Positions 21,101 through 30,309 of a stretch of 64,000 nucleotides of DNA are shown in pieces; the stretch's first letter is position 1; each line of letters opens with the position of its first letter. The notes beneath the pieces were generated by a model. That model did not search any database and was not told the origin of the DNA. It saw only the letters and a list, made by a program, of their open reading frames with translations. Location: the IMG/VR virus record IMGVR_UViG_3300009183_008543, positions 32,001 to 96,000 of that record; one strand, 5' to 3'. This DNA is from a virus. The position numbers were made by a program, and so were the translations under genes.

Positions 21101-24100
21101 CCAAGAAAAAAATCACTATCTACTTCATACAAAAAAGCAGGATTACTAGAATAGACAGTCTCAAAAGGCATTATGACTTTGGTCGAGTTCACAACGGTAA
21201 AACCAGTGGCGGCAATGCCACCAATGGTAACTGCTGTTGTTCCCGTTAAATTAGTTCCATTGATCGTAATGAAAGTTCCACCCAATGTTGATCCGCTGGA
21301 TGGAGAAATGCTGTTTATGGAAGGGGGAGGAGCCACATAAGTGAACAAACTGTTTGCACTATTTGTGCCTCCTGCTGTTGTGACCAACACGCTCGCAGTT
21401 CCAGCAGTTCTGGAACCTATTTTGGCGTTTATGGTGGTCGAATTGACAACTGTAAAGGTAATGACCGAAACGCCACCAATGGTTACTGCTGTCGCTCCCG
21501 TTAAATTAGTCCCAGTAATCGCAATCGAAGTTCCGCCCGATATGGAACCACTAGATGGAGAAACGCTTGCTACTGTGGGAGCAGGAACCACATAAGTGAA
21601 CAAGCTGTTTGCACCATTACCACCTCCATCTGTTATGATCAATACGCTTGCAGTTCCAGCAGATCTAGCAGATGTGGTTGCCGTTATGGTGGTTGAGTCA
21701 ACAACGATAAAACTGGCGACTGAAAATCCTCCGATTGAAACTGCTTTCACCCCCGTGAAATTTACTCCAGTAATCGTAATCGAAGTTCCACCCAATGTTG
21801 ATCCGCTAGAAGGAGAAACACTTGATACTGTGGGAGCAGGAACAATATAAGCGAATAAGATATTTGCGTTACTTGCACCTCCAACTGTTGTGACCAATAC
21901 ACTTGCTGTTTCGGCAGTTCCAGAAGATCTAGAAGATATTGTTGCCGTTATGGTGGTTGAGTTCACAACAATGAAACTGGCAACGGCAACTCCTCCAACT
22001 GTGACTGATATCACATCGGCAAAATAAGTTCCAGTAATCGCAATTAAAGTTCCTCCGAATGTTGATCCGCCAGATGGGAAAACTCTGGTTACTACAGGAG
22101 CAGGAACGATATATTCGAACAAGCTATTTGGACTATTTGTGCCACTCGGAGTAGCTACTAGCAGACTTGCATAGCCAGCAACATTGGCTGCTATAGTAGC
22201 GGTGATGGTCGTTGAGTTCACAACGGTAAAACTAGTAACAGAGATGTCGCCAATGGCAACTGCTGTCGCTCCCGTGAAATTTGCTCCAGCAATCGTAACC
22301 GAAGTTCCTCCGAATGTTGATCCGCTAGACGGAGAAACGCTTGCTACTGTAGGAGCAGGAATATAAGTAAACAAACTGTTTGTGTCATTTGTGCCACTTG
22401 GCGTTGTGACCAGAACACTTGCAGTTCCAGCAACATTAGCAGCTATGATGGCGGTGATAATAGTCGAGTTTACAACGGTAAAACTAGTGACAGAGATGCC
22501 ACCAATGGTAACTGCTGTCGCTCCTGTAAAATCTGTTCCGGTAATCGTAATTGAAATTCCGCCTGATGTGAAACCAGTAGATGGAGAGATGCCGACTACA
22601 GTAGGTGGCACTACGGCATAAGTAAACAAGCTAGTTCCAGTATTTGTGCCACCCGCTGTTGTGACCAATACACTTACAATACCAGCAGATCTAGCGGACG
22701 CAATTGCGGTGATAGTAGTTGAATTCACAACGGTAAAACTACTAGCTAAAACTCCACCGATTATAATTGCTGTCGCTCCTGTGAAATTTGCTCCAGTAAT
22801 CGTAATCGAAGTTCCGCCCAATGTTGATCCACTAGACGGAGAAATACTTGCTACTGTGGGAGTAGGAATCACATAAGTCAATAGGCTGTTCGCACCATTT
22901 GTTCCACTTGGTGTTGTGACCAAGACGCTTACAGTTCCAGCAGATCTGGCGGATGTGATTGCCGTTATGGTAGTTGAGTTCACAACAATAACGCTAGTGG
23001 CTAAAACTTCACCGATTGCAACTGCTGTTGTTCCCGTGAAATTCGTTCCAGTAATCGTGATCGAAGTTCCTCCGAATGTAGAAGCGTTAGACGGAGAAAC
23101 GCCGGCTACTGTAGGTGAAACAACAGAATAAGTAAACAAACTATTTGCACTATTTGTGCCACTTGGAGTTGTGATCAACACACTTACGATTCCAGCAGAT
23201 CTAGCGGATATGATTGCTGTTATAGTGGTTGAGTTTACGACAGTAAAACTAGCGACAGAAACGCTTCCAATCGTAACTGCTGTTGCTCCAGTGAAGCTAG
23301 TTCCAGTAATCGTAATGGAAGTTCCGCCCAATGTCGATCCACCAGATGGAGAAATGCTGGCTACTGTAGGAGCAGGAACGGCATAAGTGAAAAAACTGTT
23401 TGTACCATTTGTTCCACTCGGAGTCGTGATCAAAACACTTGCAGTTCCAGCAGATCTAGCGGATGTGGTTGCCGTTATGGTGGTCGAATTCACAACGGTA
23501 AAACTAGTAACAGAGATGCCACCAATCACAACCCCTGTTGCTCCAGTGAAATTAGCTCCAGTAATCGTAATAGAAGTTCCGCCAAATGTTGATCCACTAG
23601 ATGGAGAAATGCTGGCTACTGTAGGTGGTATTACAACATAAGTAAATAAGCTGTTTGCATGACTTATCCCACCCGCTGTTGTAACCATTACACTTGAAGC
23701 ACCAACAGGTCCAGCTGGTACGATTGCCGTTATGCTGGTTGAGTTAACAACGATAAAACTAGCGACTGGAAATCCTCCAATTGTTACCGCTGTAGCTCCC
23801 GTGAAATTTACTCCAATAATTGCAATGGAAGTTCCACCCAATGTTGATCCACTAGATGGAGAAAAACTAGATATTATAGGTGGAACTACAATATAAGTAA
23901 ACAAGCTATTTGCACCATTTCTACCACTAGGTGTTGTCACCAAAACACTTGAAATTCCAGCAAATCTAGCTCCTATGTTGGCGGTTATGGTGTTCGAGTT
24001 CACAACCGTAAATCCAGTGGCGGCTACGCCACCGATTGTTACCGCTGTCGCTCCTATAAAACTGGTTCCTGTAATCGTAATGGAAGTTCCACCCAATGTT

Positions 24101-27100
24101 GATCCACTGGATGGAGAAACGCCAGATACTGTAGGTGGTATTGCGACATAAGTGAACAGGTTGGTCACTGTAGGTGACCCAGATCCAAGAATGTTATAAA
24201 CTATTACATTTACATTTCCAAAAGATCTAGCTGCCGTGACTGCTGTGATGGTGGTGGAATTCACAACAGTAAAACTAGTGACTTGAACACCACCAATTCT
24301 CACATCTGTTACTCCAATTAGGTCGGTTCCAGTAATCGTAATGAAAGTTCCACCTAGTGTTGATCCACTAGACGGAGAAACGCTGGTTACTGTAGGTATC
24401 ATGATGGCGTAAGCAAACAAGTTGTTTGGATTATTCATGCCACTAGGCGTTAAGACAAGAACACTTGCAGTACCAACGGGATATAAATCTCCTCCATATC
24501 CTGCTCTGGTAGCGGTGATGGCTGTGATGGTGGTCGAATTTACAACAATAAAGCTAGCAACTGAAATTCCAATCGTAACTGCTGTTGCTCCAGTAAAGTT
24601 AGATCCAGTAATCGTAATGGAAGTGCCTCCCAATACGAAACCGCTAGATGGAGAAACGCTGGTTACGGTAGGAGGAATTGCAGCATAAGTAAATAATGTT
24701 GCTCCGGTATTAGTGCCACTAGGAGTCGTAATATATATACTTGCGTTTCCAGCATACCTAGGAGCTATAGTGGCTGTGATGGTAGTTAAGCTTATGACAG
24801 TAAAACTAGTTACCGAAACTCCACCAACAGTAACCGCTGTCGCTCCAATAAAATCAGTTCCAGTAATCGTAATGACAGTTCCACCTAATGTTGATCCACT
24901 CACTGGTAAAAAATTAGTTATAGATGGAGGAATTGCAACATAAGTAAACAAGCTGTTTGCATTATTTGTGCCACTTGCCGTTGTGACTAATATACTTGCG
25001 GCTCCAGCAGATCCAGCAGATGTTGTTGCCGTTATAGTGGTTGAGTTCACAACGGTAAAACTAGTGACTGGAACGCCACCAACAGTAACTGCCGTAGTTC
25101 CCGTAAAATTAGCTCCGTTAATTGCAATTAAAGTTCCACCTAATTTTGATCCACTAGATGGAAAAACGATGTATGGTGTTGGTGAGGAAACAGTCAAATC
25201 GTATACTGCCAAAGAACTTGTGTATTTAGTTGGATTTAATTTCGTATTTAAAACAGAAACATAAACATTTGCACCGTCTGGTGAAACAAAAATATTTTCA
25301 GGATTTTCATACGATGAAACATTTTGCTGAACTGTATTGATTTTAGTCAACGAACCATTTGAAACATTTCTGTTTAAAATTATAATTTTTCTGTACCCAG
25401 ATAGATTCACTCCAACATAAAAATTCTTTCCATTAGGAGAAATGCAAACAGAAGTGCAAGAACCAGAACCGGCAGGAGATGTCAAATTCAAATCGAATGT
25501 TGTACTGACAGTCAACCAGCTACCACCAGTGGTTTCTGAAATACAATCGAATATTGAAATCTTATCGTTATTGTTTACATAAACAAATCTGCTATCTGAA
25601 GAAATTGCGACATCGTTGATTATATTTCCAATCTGTGGTAGATCTCGCCTAATCCCGAAACTAATAGTTCCAGCTGGTTGCAACTGCGAAACTTGATCTT
25701 GAATGATACCTAAAGCCGAAATTGAACCTCCTCCACTGATGTAAATACGCAAACCATCAGGAGAAGCATAAACTCCATTGATTCCACTTCCATAATTGTT
25801 TCTTTTTTGACCACCATAATACTTAAGGCTGAATGCATTGGAAAATAACAAATCTCGGTTCATGCTGAAATTGCCAATCAAAACACCTGTGATGGAATCC
25901 CTCTTGAACATGGCGATTGAAACATAATTAGCAGGATCATCAAGGTTGTTGGGAGCCGTTGTTTCGCCTCCTTGACCATTGCAAGCCACATAAACATATT
26001 TTCCGTTAGGCGTTATGCAAATCGCAGCAGGATTGATATTAGCCCAAGGGCTTTTTATTCCGGTAGAAATCCTAGATGTTCCTTCGATCAATAATCCCGT
26101 CAAAGCATCTCTGTAAAACATAGAAATCTTATCTCGATGCAAAACATACAAATTTTTCCCATCTGGAGATGCACATATATCGACAGGTAGCGAACCAACA
26201 GATGTGTTTGAATCCAAACTAAACAAACCAGTACTAAAATTTTTAGAATAAATAGATATTTTACTGTCAAAATTGCTGTTAAAAGTAAGTGCGTAAATAT
26301 TCATTCCATCTGGAGAAATACAACTTTTTAAGCCACTAAAATCGTTTGCGACTATTTGTTTTTGTGACAGCCATGGTTTTGATTCAGATTCAAAGTAAGT
26401 TAAATTTTTATCGATAGTTATATTTGTATTTTGGGATGTAACAGAAATCGCAGCATTTCCGAGAGTTTTTGGAGGCACTAGAACAGCAATGATTTTTGAG
26501 TCAATACCGTAAAATGTAGTGGCTGTTATACCTCCAACGGCAACAGCGGTTACTCCAGAAAAATTAGGACCAGTAATATAAACCAATTCATTGCCCAATG
26601 TGGAAACACCAGATGGGTAAATGTCAACAGACGCAAGTGCGTTTGCCTCATATTGAAAAATATTGATATTATTTGTGACATTTGTTCCATTGGGCGTTGT
26701 CACCAAAACTATTGCAGGTCCAGCAACATTGACTGGTACAATTGCGGTTATAGTGATCGAATTGACAACTTTAAAGCCAGTATCAGCAATGCCTCCAATT
26801 GTCACTGCTGTCGCTCCAGTGAAATAAGCACCAGTAATCGTAATAGAAGTTCCGCCCAATGTCGATCCGCTAGACGGAAAAACGCTAGTTATCTGAGGTA
26901 AAGGAGAAAGTGTCGATTCTCCATTTCCTCTATTGAACATTGAAATCGTTTTTTCGCCATTACTGATGGAATAAAGACTGTCTCCTGCAGCGTTTATGAC
27001 ATAAACGCTGTTTCCGTCTGACGAAATAATGATATCTACTGGATAGATCCCAGTAGGAATATCTATTGATTTCCCAAAAGAACCTGTTTGTGGATTTACG

Positions 27101-28083
27101 CCAAAATTAGAAATAAGACTTTTTTCATATAAGTCATATCCTACTTCTGAAAATGGTCTGATTATTTCGCCATATCTTGAGGGTAAGTTCAATGAACCAG
27201 AAAGACCGTAAAAATTATTGCCATCCGGTGAAACTGAAATTTTTACAGTCGAACGCTGGTTATATCCATGATAGGCTCCATTATGAACATAACTGGTTGT
27301 ATTCAGAGCATAGGGTCCACCATAGAAAACACCAAAAGCCCATATCGTACTTTTCTTCTGGAATCTGAAAACATTGTTGCTTTCATAAAAACTCACATAG
27401 ATAAATTTCCCATCCGGAGAGAAAAACAAATCATCGGGACTCTGTTTTTCCGGAAGCCACTGGTAAGGATCTGCGTTGAATACCGAACCTTGGCTTATTT
27501 TTCCGTTCAAGGTATTTCTGTAATGAACTCCAATCTTATTGCTCACATTATCTGTCGCACAAAGATAATCTCCGGCTGGCGAAATGGCGATTTTAACTAG
27601 CGCCATGCCTATAGAATAAAATGTTTCGACATAAGTCAATAGACCAGTTCCTGTATTGCGATTGCAAACAAAAAAAGCATTGGATATACCATTGCCAAAA
27701 TAAATATTTTTATCGTCTGGCGAGATCGCACTGCAAATTCCCCCATATCCAAACAAAGCGGAGTAAGTCAACAAGCCAGTTGAAATGTTTCTATCGTAAA
27801 TCCTTGTCTGACCTGTTCCAATTACATAAACATTTTTTCCGTCTTGAGAAATCAAAAGTTTGGAATAGCTTGAAACTGGGTTTGCTGGATCTACTGGAGT
27901 CGTGCTGTTTAAAGTTAAAGTTCCAGTCAAAGTGTCACGATTGTAGATTAAAATCACAGAAGAATTGGAACTGTTGACATAGACATTTTTGCCGTCAGAA
28001 GAGATGCATCCAGATGTGGGCGCATCTCCAGCCGATATCACTCCATTTTCAATCAGATACCCAAGACTCCATCTGTCTGCCAT
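15124..28083 (-). CDS. Giant 4319-aa adhesin/fibre-like protein: beta-propeller, 2 IPT, beta-propeller, 28 IPT/TIG, Fn3-like domain, short beta repeats, C-terminal domain
   Basis: SPDGKN-x-YV lactonase-type propeller blades. About 85-aa repeats PTV-x-SVSPSSGSTLGGTSITITG...FTY. ISWITNTPSTSRVVY...YYFRPIS Fn3-like domain. No signal peptide. Confidence 0.88.
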   Translation of the reverse strand: MADRWSLGYLIENGVISAGDAPTSGCISSDGKNVYVNSSNSSVILIYNRDTLTGTLTLNSTTPVDPANPVSSYSKLLISQDGKNVYVIGTGQTRIYDRNISTGLLTYSALFGYGGICSAISPDDKNIYFGNGISNAFFVCNRNTGTGLLTYVETFYSIGMALVKIAISPAGDYLCATDNVSNKIGVHYRNTLNGKISQGSVFNADPYQWLPEKQSPDDLFFSPDGKFIYVSFYESNNVFRFQKKSTIWAFGVFYGGPYALNTTSYVHNGAYHGYNQRSTVKISVSPDGNNFYGLSGSLNLPSRYGEIIRPFSEVGYDLYEKSLISNFGVNPQTGSFGKSIDIPTGIYPVDIIISSDGNSVYVINAAGDSLYSISNGEKTISMFNRGNGESTLSPLPQITSVFPSSGSTLGGTSITITGAYFTGATAVTIGGIADTGFKVVNSITITAIVPVNVAGPAIVLVTTPNGTNVTNNINIFQYEANALASVDIYPSGVSTLGNELVYITGPNFSGVTAVAVGGITATTFYGIDSKIIAVLVPPKTLGNAAISVTSQNTNITIDKNLTYFESESKPWLSQKQIVANDFSGLKSCISPDGMNIYALTFNSNFDSKISIYSKNFSTGLFSLDSNTSVGSLPVDICASPDGKNLYVLHRDKISMFYRDALTGLLIEGTSRISTGIKSPWANINPAAICITPNGKYVYVACNGQGGETTAPNNLDDPANYVSIAMFKRDSITGVLIGNFSMNRDLLFSNAFSLKYYGGQKRNNYGSGINGVYASPDGLRIYISGGGSISALGIIQDQVSQLQPAGTISFGIRRDLPQIGNIINDVAISSDSRFVYVNNNDKISIFDCISETTGGSWLTVSTTFDLNLTSPAGSGSCTSVCISPNGKNFYVGVNLSGYRKIIILNRNVSNGSLTKINTVQQNVSSYENPENIFVSPDGANVYVSVLNTKLNPTKYTSSLAVYDLTVSSPTPYIVFPSSGSKLGGTLIAINGANFTGTTAVTVGGVPVTSFTVVNSTTITATTSAGSAGAASILVTTASGTNNANSLFTYVAIPPSITNFLPVSGSTLGGTVITITGTDFIGATAVTVGGVSVTSFTVISLTTITATIAPRYAGNASIYITTPSGTNTGATLFTYAAIPPTVTSVSPSSGFVLGGTSITITGSNFTGATAVTIGISVASFIVVNSTTITAITATRAGYGGDLYPVGTASVLVLTPSGMNNPNNLFAYAIMIPTVTSVSPSSGSTLGGTFITITGTDLIGVTDVRIGGVQVTSFTVVNSTTITAVTAARSFGNVNVIVYNILGSGSPTVTNLFTYVAIPPTVSGVSPSSGSTLGGTSITITGTSFIGATAVTIGGVAATGFTVVNSNTITANIGARFAGISSVLVTTPSGRNGANSLFTYIVVPPIISSFSPSSGSTLGGTSIAIIGVNFTGATAVTIGGFPVASFIVVNSTSITAIVPAGPVGASSVMVTTAGGISHANSLFTYVVIPPTVASISPSSGSTFGGTSITITGANFTGATGVVIGGISVTSFTVVNSTTITATTSARSAGTASVLITTPSGTNGTNSFFTYAVPAPTVASISPSGGSTLGGTSITITGTSFTGATAVTIGSVSVASFTVVNSTTITAIISARSAGIVSVLITTPSGTNSANSLFTYSVVSPTVAGVSPSNASTFGGTSITITGTNFTGTTAVAIGEVLATSVIVVNSTTITAITSARSAGTVSVLVTTPSGTNGANSLLTYVIPTPTVASISPSSGSTLGGTSITITGANFTGATAIIIGGVLASSFTVVNSTTITAIASARSAGIVSVLVTTAGGTNTGTSLFTYAVVPPTVVGISPSTGFTSGGISITITGTDFTGATAVTIGGISVTSFTVVNSTIITAIIAANVAGTASVLVTTPSGTNDTNSLFTYIPAPTVASVSPSSGSTFGGTSVTIAGANFTGATAVAIGDISVTSFTVVNSTTITATIAANVAGYASLLVATPSGTNSPNSLFEYIVPAPVVTRVFPSGGSTFGGTLIAITGTYFADVISVTVGGVAVASFIVVNSTTITATISSRSSGTAETASVLVTTVGGASNANILFAYIVPAPTVSSVSPSSGSTLGGTSITITGVNFTGVKAVSIGGFSVASFIVVDSTTITATTSARSAGTASVLIITDGGGNGANSLFTYVVPAPTVASVSPSSGSISGGTSIAITGTNLTGATAVTIGGVSVITFTVVNSTTINAKIGSRTAGTASVLVTTAGGTNSANSLFTYVAPPPSINSISPSSGSTLGGTFITINGTNLTGTTAVTIGGIAATGFTVVNSTKVIMPFETVYSSNPAFLYEVDSDFFLGTDYPTSSPVSLRATLKVVKAGHLYISISWPYGDHTNAILASVQVNGVYVGASANVQASDSLMVNVNDLISFSFLARGQIGPSKNFLTSFCRIGLTVIGPTFITAITPANVAGLASVLVTTGGGTSDGNINHWFTYVAPAPTVSSVSPSSGSTLGGTSITITGANFTGATAVTIGGSPVSIFTVVNSTTITAIISARSAGIVSVLITTPSGTNSANSLFTYSVVPPTVASVSPYRGSTLGGTFITITGTNFTGTTEVTIGGIAVTEFTVVNSTTINATTDANVVGSASVLVTTPSGTNDANSLFEYIETSPTVSSVSPSSGSTLGGTSITITGENFTGTTEVTIGGIAVTEFTVVDSNTITATTDVNVVGSASVLVTTPSGTNDANSLFEYIETAPTVSSVSPSSGSTLGGTSITITGTYFTDATAVTIGGVAVTEFTVVDSTTITATTDANVAGSASVLVTTPSGTNDETTIFLYTLPISEIASVSPSSGSTLGGTSITITGTYFTDATAVTIGGVAVTEFTVVDSTTITATTDVNVAGSASVLVTTPSGTNDANSLFEYVLVLPVVSSVSPSSGSTLGGTSITITGTYFTDATAVTIGGVAVTEFTVVDSTTITATTDVNVAGSASVLVTTPSGTNEANSLFEYVVTTPTVSSVSPSSGSTLGGTSIAIIGTYFTDATEVTIGGVAVAEFTVVNSTAIVATTSANVVGSASVLVTTPSGTNEANSLFEYVETTPTVSSVSPSSGSILGGTSITITGTYFADVISVTIGGVAVIEFTVVDSTTITATTDANVAGSSSVLVTTPSGTNDANSFFEYIETSPTVASVSPSSGFTSGGALITITGTYFADVISVTIGGVAVIEFTVVDSTTITATTDVNIAGPASVLVTTLGGTNDANILFEYIENAPTVASVSPSSGSTLGGTFITITGENFTGTTEVTIGGIAVTEFTVVNPTTITATTDVNVAGTSSVLVIVPSGTNDANSLFEYVEVPPTVVSVSPSGGSTLGGTSIEITGENFTGTTEVTIGGIAVTEFTVVDSTTITAITGANVLGSSSVLVATPSGTNDANSLFEYIEVPPTVTSVYPSNGSISGGTSITITGENFTGTTEVTIGGIAVIEFTVVDSNTIIAITDSNVLGSASVLVTTPSGTNDANSLFEYALTFISDSENIIIFGTAIVNLNLSVIADGGVILSYESSISPKEPPVISAVSAISKATSTTTLITISWITNTPSTSRVVYDTVSRSGLGESPTYGYAYSTVEDSNLVFEHRVTISNLISGVKYYFRPISHGSPESIGEEISLTTLIPLVGSGEILISGNAICNSSINFVGNGKISLSYVAYTNPTVSVFFNFDFNFDIYKQFEFSQTFNFNVGELPLRTFRVVGVEYYNCDNIPFCAIPNGLNRMFQEIVARDLGEVCQFLTDVNWTWPIADIQRSIHPVNSFVAIGSTGIAINGLPVPSSNEFVSVPFSKIPECIPFTIVATTVVSMGIKTGIIELSYYEASGGITINSQANLERKYISSGNISTSGSSEVLCAFYIYVGDGNVYIDDSALISLSNYNYESSGSITLEGESIPVSPYYKYNTSGGITTSNESLVEFKLSFASTGLGYIYPSYAGVVVYGSADYPIKPYVDGLMYVYGNSIYSRNIYIFESLGTVSIGGSAKAISPYQSYEGSGTIILDGSIDIGIASFEIPVDDSVPITLGDAASTRDSIAGDFWYTSLLSPISLGGDSEYVVPGYAFDGSGSIYLSGTYDSPLNVDDISMGVITEIDFLEIAYAEDFVTDLAAITQNITTTCGNCDAIPETLYMRTNLGSANILQDFLLRNNLKIPESLQLFYNTITNSWQYSLHLRGIGSDNSNAQELWHINFDWSCISQYGEDVLSSSMWKFGLYAKRINLQTGSNTDARLFVLFPSEDLCNKFTSFGIDFTFDFHFRPEYVTNDLKINVDTFSYYDELNIFKGTYWDANDFVCRILDRNISLDTNIIDISSLRPEPQSQFYV
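17630..25190 (-). repeat. Tandem array of 28 IPT/TIG coding repeats, period about 255 nt
   Basis: Recurrent plus-strand motifs such as gtaatcgtaat-gaagttcc-cc-aatgttgatcc-ctaga-ggaga at about 255-nt spacing. Counted by eye. Confidence 0.9.
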
Positions 28084-28108
28084 AACAATTGTTTCCTCTA
28101 TATGAAAA

Positions 28109-28834
28109 TCATACCTTCTTTTCTATTTCTGAAAACTTTTCTAATATATCAGCAATAAGTGGATGGCGAACTATATTGCATGGCTTGAATTTTATAACTC
28201 CAATTTTGCCAATTTCGCTCATTTTATTTACAACATCTGTTAACATAAAATTTCCATTTCTAATGTCTGATTGATCTGGATCTCCTGTGATAATCATTTT
28301 GCTATTCTTACCAAACCTTGTCATAAATAATTTAATTTGTGTTGTAGTTGCATTTTGAGCTTCATCGAAAATACATATAGCATCATTGAATGTTCTTCCC
28401 CTACAATATGCTATTGGTGCTATCTCTATAGCTTTATTTATAATTTCTTTTTCTGGACTTTCCTTTCCAATGCATCTGTCCATACAATCATACATTGGCA
28501 TCATGTATGGATTTAGCTTTTCTTCAAACGAGCCGGGAAGAAAACCAAGTGACTCACCAGATTCAACCACAGGTCTTGTAAGAACTATTTTTTCTCTCTT
28601 TTTCGCAAGAACTTCGCTAATAGCAAAGGCACAAGCTAATTGACTTTTCCCTGTTCCAGCTGGACCGATAAGAAATAAAACATCATATTGATCGAATGCA
28701 GCCCACGCATCTCTTTGAGCAGTATTTAAAAATTCAAATTTAAATCCAGACTCTACCTTACTTGCGTGTTTTGGTATATGTGGTTCATATTGTTTAGGTT
28801 TTCTATCTGTCTTCTTTTTTTTATATCTTGGCAT
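28109..28834 (-). CDS. phoH: PhoH family ATPase
   Basis: GPAGTGKS, LTRPVVE, LGFLPG, RGRTF, DEAQN, TGDPDQSD, IVRHPL. Probable start MPRYKK. Confidence 0.93.
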   Translation of the reverse strand: MPRYKKKKTDRKPKQYEPHIPKHASKVESGFKFEFLNTAQRDAWAAFDQYDVLFLIGPAGTGKSQLACAFAISEVLAKKREKIVLTRPVVESGESLGFLPGSFEEKLNPYMMPMYDCMDRCIGKESPEKEIINKAIEIAPIAYCRGRTFNDAICIFDEAQNATTTQIKLFMTRFGKNSKMIITGDPDQSDIRNGNFMLTDVVNKMSEIGKIGVIKFKPCNIVRHPLIADILEKFSEIEKKV

Positions 28835-28911
28835 TGATGGTGTCCATAAAAGGTAACTTGATAATCTATATATATCGATAGACAACACAAATAATGAAGC
28901 ATAGGAAATTC

Positions 28912-29352
28912 ATGATCAATTTAAATTTCAAAATGTTTTTTGAATCAGAAAAAAATGGTGATTTAAAAAAATTACTTAAAAAGATTCCTTCGAGCCACAA
29001 AGAACTGGTTAAAGATTTTAAGTTCAAATATACAAAAAATAACACCATAAATAGTAAGAATAAACATATAGGCGTGATTCACAAAGATAAAATTGAAGTT
29101 GCAGCACCATGGAATTACGGAAGGGAATTCACTACTCTTCACGAAATAGCACATATGGTTTGGGCATATAAGATGACAAATAAACTAAAAAAAGAATGGT
29201 CTAATATTGTAAAAAAAACCAAAAATAAACCACAAGATACAGATGAAGAGCTTTTCTGTCATTCTTATGCACAATATTATGCGAAGAATAAGTTGTTGAA
29301 ATTTGATATTCCAGAATGGAATAAATTTATCTCTAAAAAAATACCCGCTTAA
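28912..29352 (+). CDS. Zinc metallopeptidase-like protein
   Basis: TTLHEIAHMVW (HEXXH) with downstream EELFC. N-terminus MINLNFKMFFESE. Confidence 0.7.
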   Translation: MINLNFKMFFESEKNGDLKKLLKKIPSSHKELVKDFKFKYTKNNTINSKNKHIGVIHKDKIEVAAPWNYGREFTTLHEIAHMVWAYKMTNKLKKEWSNIVKKTKNKPQDTDEELFCHSYAQYYAKNKLLKFDIPEWNKFISKKIPA

Positions 29353-30074
29353 AGAGGTCTTGACTGCGTTTGACTTATCAATCTTGGTAATACAGAAACT
29401 GCCTCTTCTTGTAATTTTTCATATTCATTAATTCCAAGAGAGAAAATCTTATAGTGATGCAAGACTGGTGTACGCATAATTTGAGGTTTATGACCACGAG
29501 ATTGTGCTTTCATAGTCATTACAAAACTTGTTCCAATTTGTGGCAATTCTTCTGGCCAAGGTCCAATATCGCTCCAACAATCCCTTGTCATCATGATGCA
29601 ATGATCCATAATGAATCCTACATCTTGACTTCCAACTGTATAGGTTTGCGTATCAAGACCTATAAATCCAGATGATGTAGATTCAGCTACATTCAACAAA
29701 AGATCTAACCAACTTGGATTTGTAATAACAATATCACAATGCATAAAGATAAGATATTTAGAATTTTTATCAGATGCATTGGCACCCTTATTACAAGCTG
29801 CCGACCAATAAAGATTCTTTTCATTACGAACTACCTTAACAGTTCCTTCGATTTCATCAAGAAACTGTTGAGATTCTTTTTCGCTTCCATTATCAACAAC
29901 AATAATTTCATAATTAGAATTAAAACTAGTCACACAAATGCTTTGCAAAAGCAAATTGAGATATTCTGGTCTGTCTTTATGAACAACAATAATAGAAATT
30001 TGTTCATCGCTATAATTTTTCAATGAAACTGTCAGATCTGATCTTGATGTGTCTAAAATGCTTCCAGAACTCAT
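29349..30074 (-). CDS. Glycosyltransferase family 2 protein
   Basis: ISIIVV, YEIIVVDNGS, N-x-YWSAACNKGA, FMHCD. Confidence 0.85.
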   Translation of the reverse strand: MSSGSILDTSRSDLTVSLKNYSDEQISIIVVHKDRPEYLNLLLQSICVTSFNSNYEIIVVDNGSEKESQQFLDEIEGTVKVVRNEKNLYWSAACNKGANASDKNSKYLIFMHCDIVITNPSWLDLLLNVAESTSSGFIGLDTQTYTVGSQDVGFIMDHCIMMTRDCWSDIGPWPEELPQIGTSFVMTMKAQSRGHKPQIMRTPVLHHYKIFSLGINEYEKLQEEAVSVLPRLISQTQSRPL

Positions 30075-30076
30075 AA

Positions 30077-30289
30077 TTAATTCTCCACTTCAATTTCAAA
30101 CACCGCACGGATACAGACACACTGAACTGGTCCTGTTGGAGTTTGAATTGTTTCTGCGTATTGTTTTGCTAATTTATTTACAGCCTCTTCTGCCTTATTT
30201 CTGGCACTAAAGGCTCTTTCTGGCTTTACAACAATGTATTCGCCTTCTACTTGTCTTGCGACACTGATAATTGCATAAAATTTTTCCAT
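30077..30289 (-). CDS. Hypothetical protein
   Basis: 70-aa ORF in the gene run. Confidence 0.6.
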   Translation of the reverse strand: MEKFYAIISVARQVEGEYIVVKPERAFSARNKAEEAVNKLAKQYAETIQTPTGPVQCVCIRAVFEIEVEN

Positions 30290-30309
30290 AAAATAATTGA
30301 GTATGTTAT

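Noticed and set aside
17558-25264. Many plus-strand ORFs of 60-227 aa
   Set aside because: They are antisense shadows of the repetitive IPT coding sequence and share its 255-nt period.
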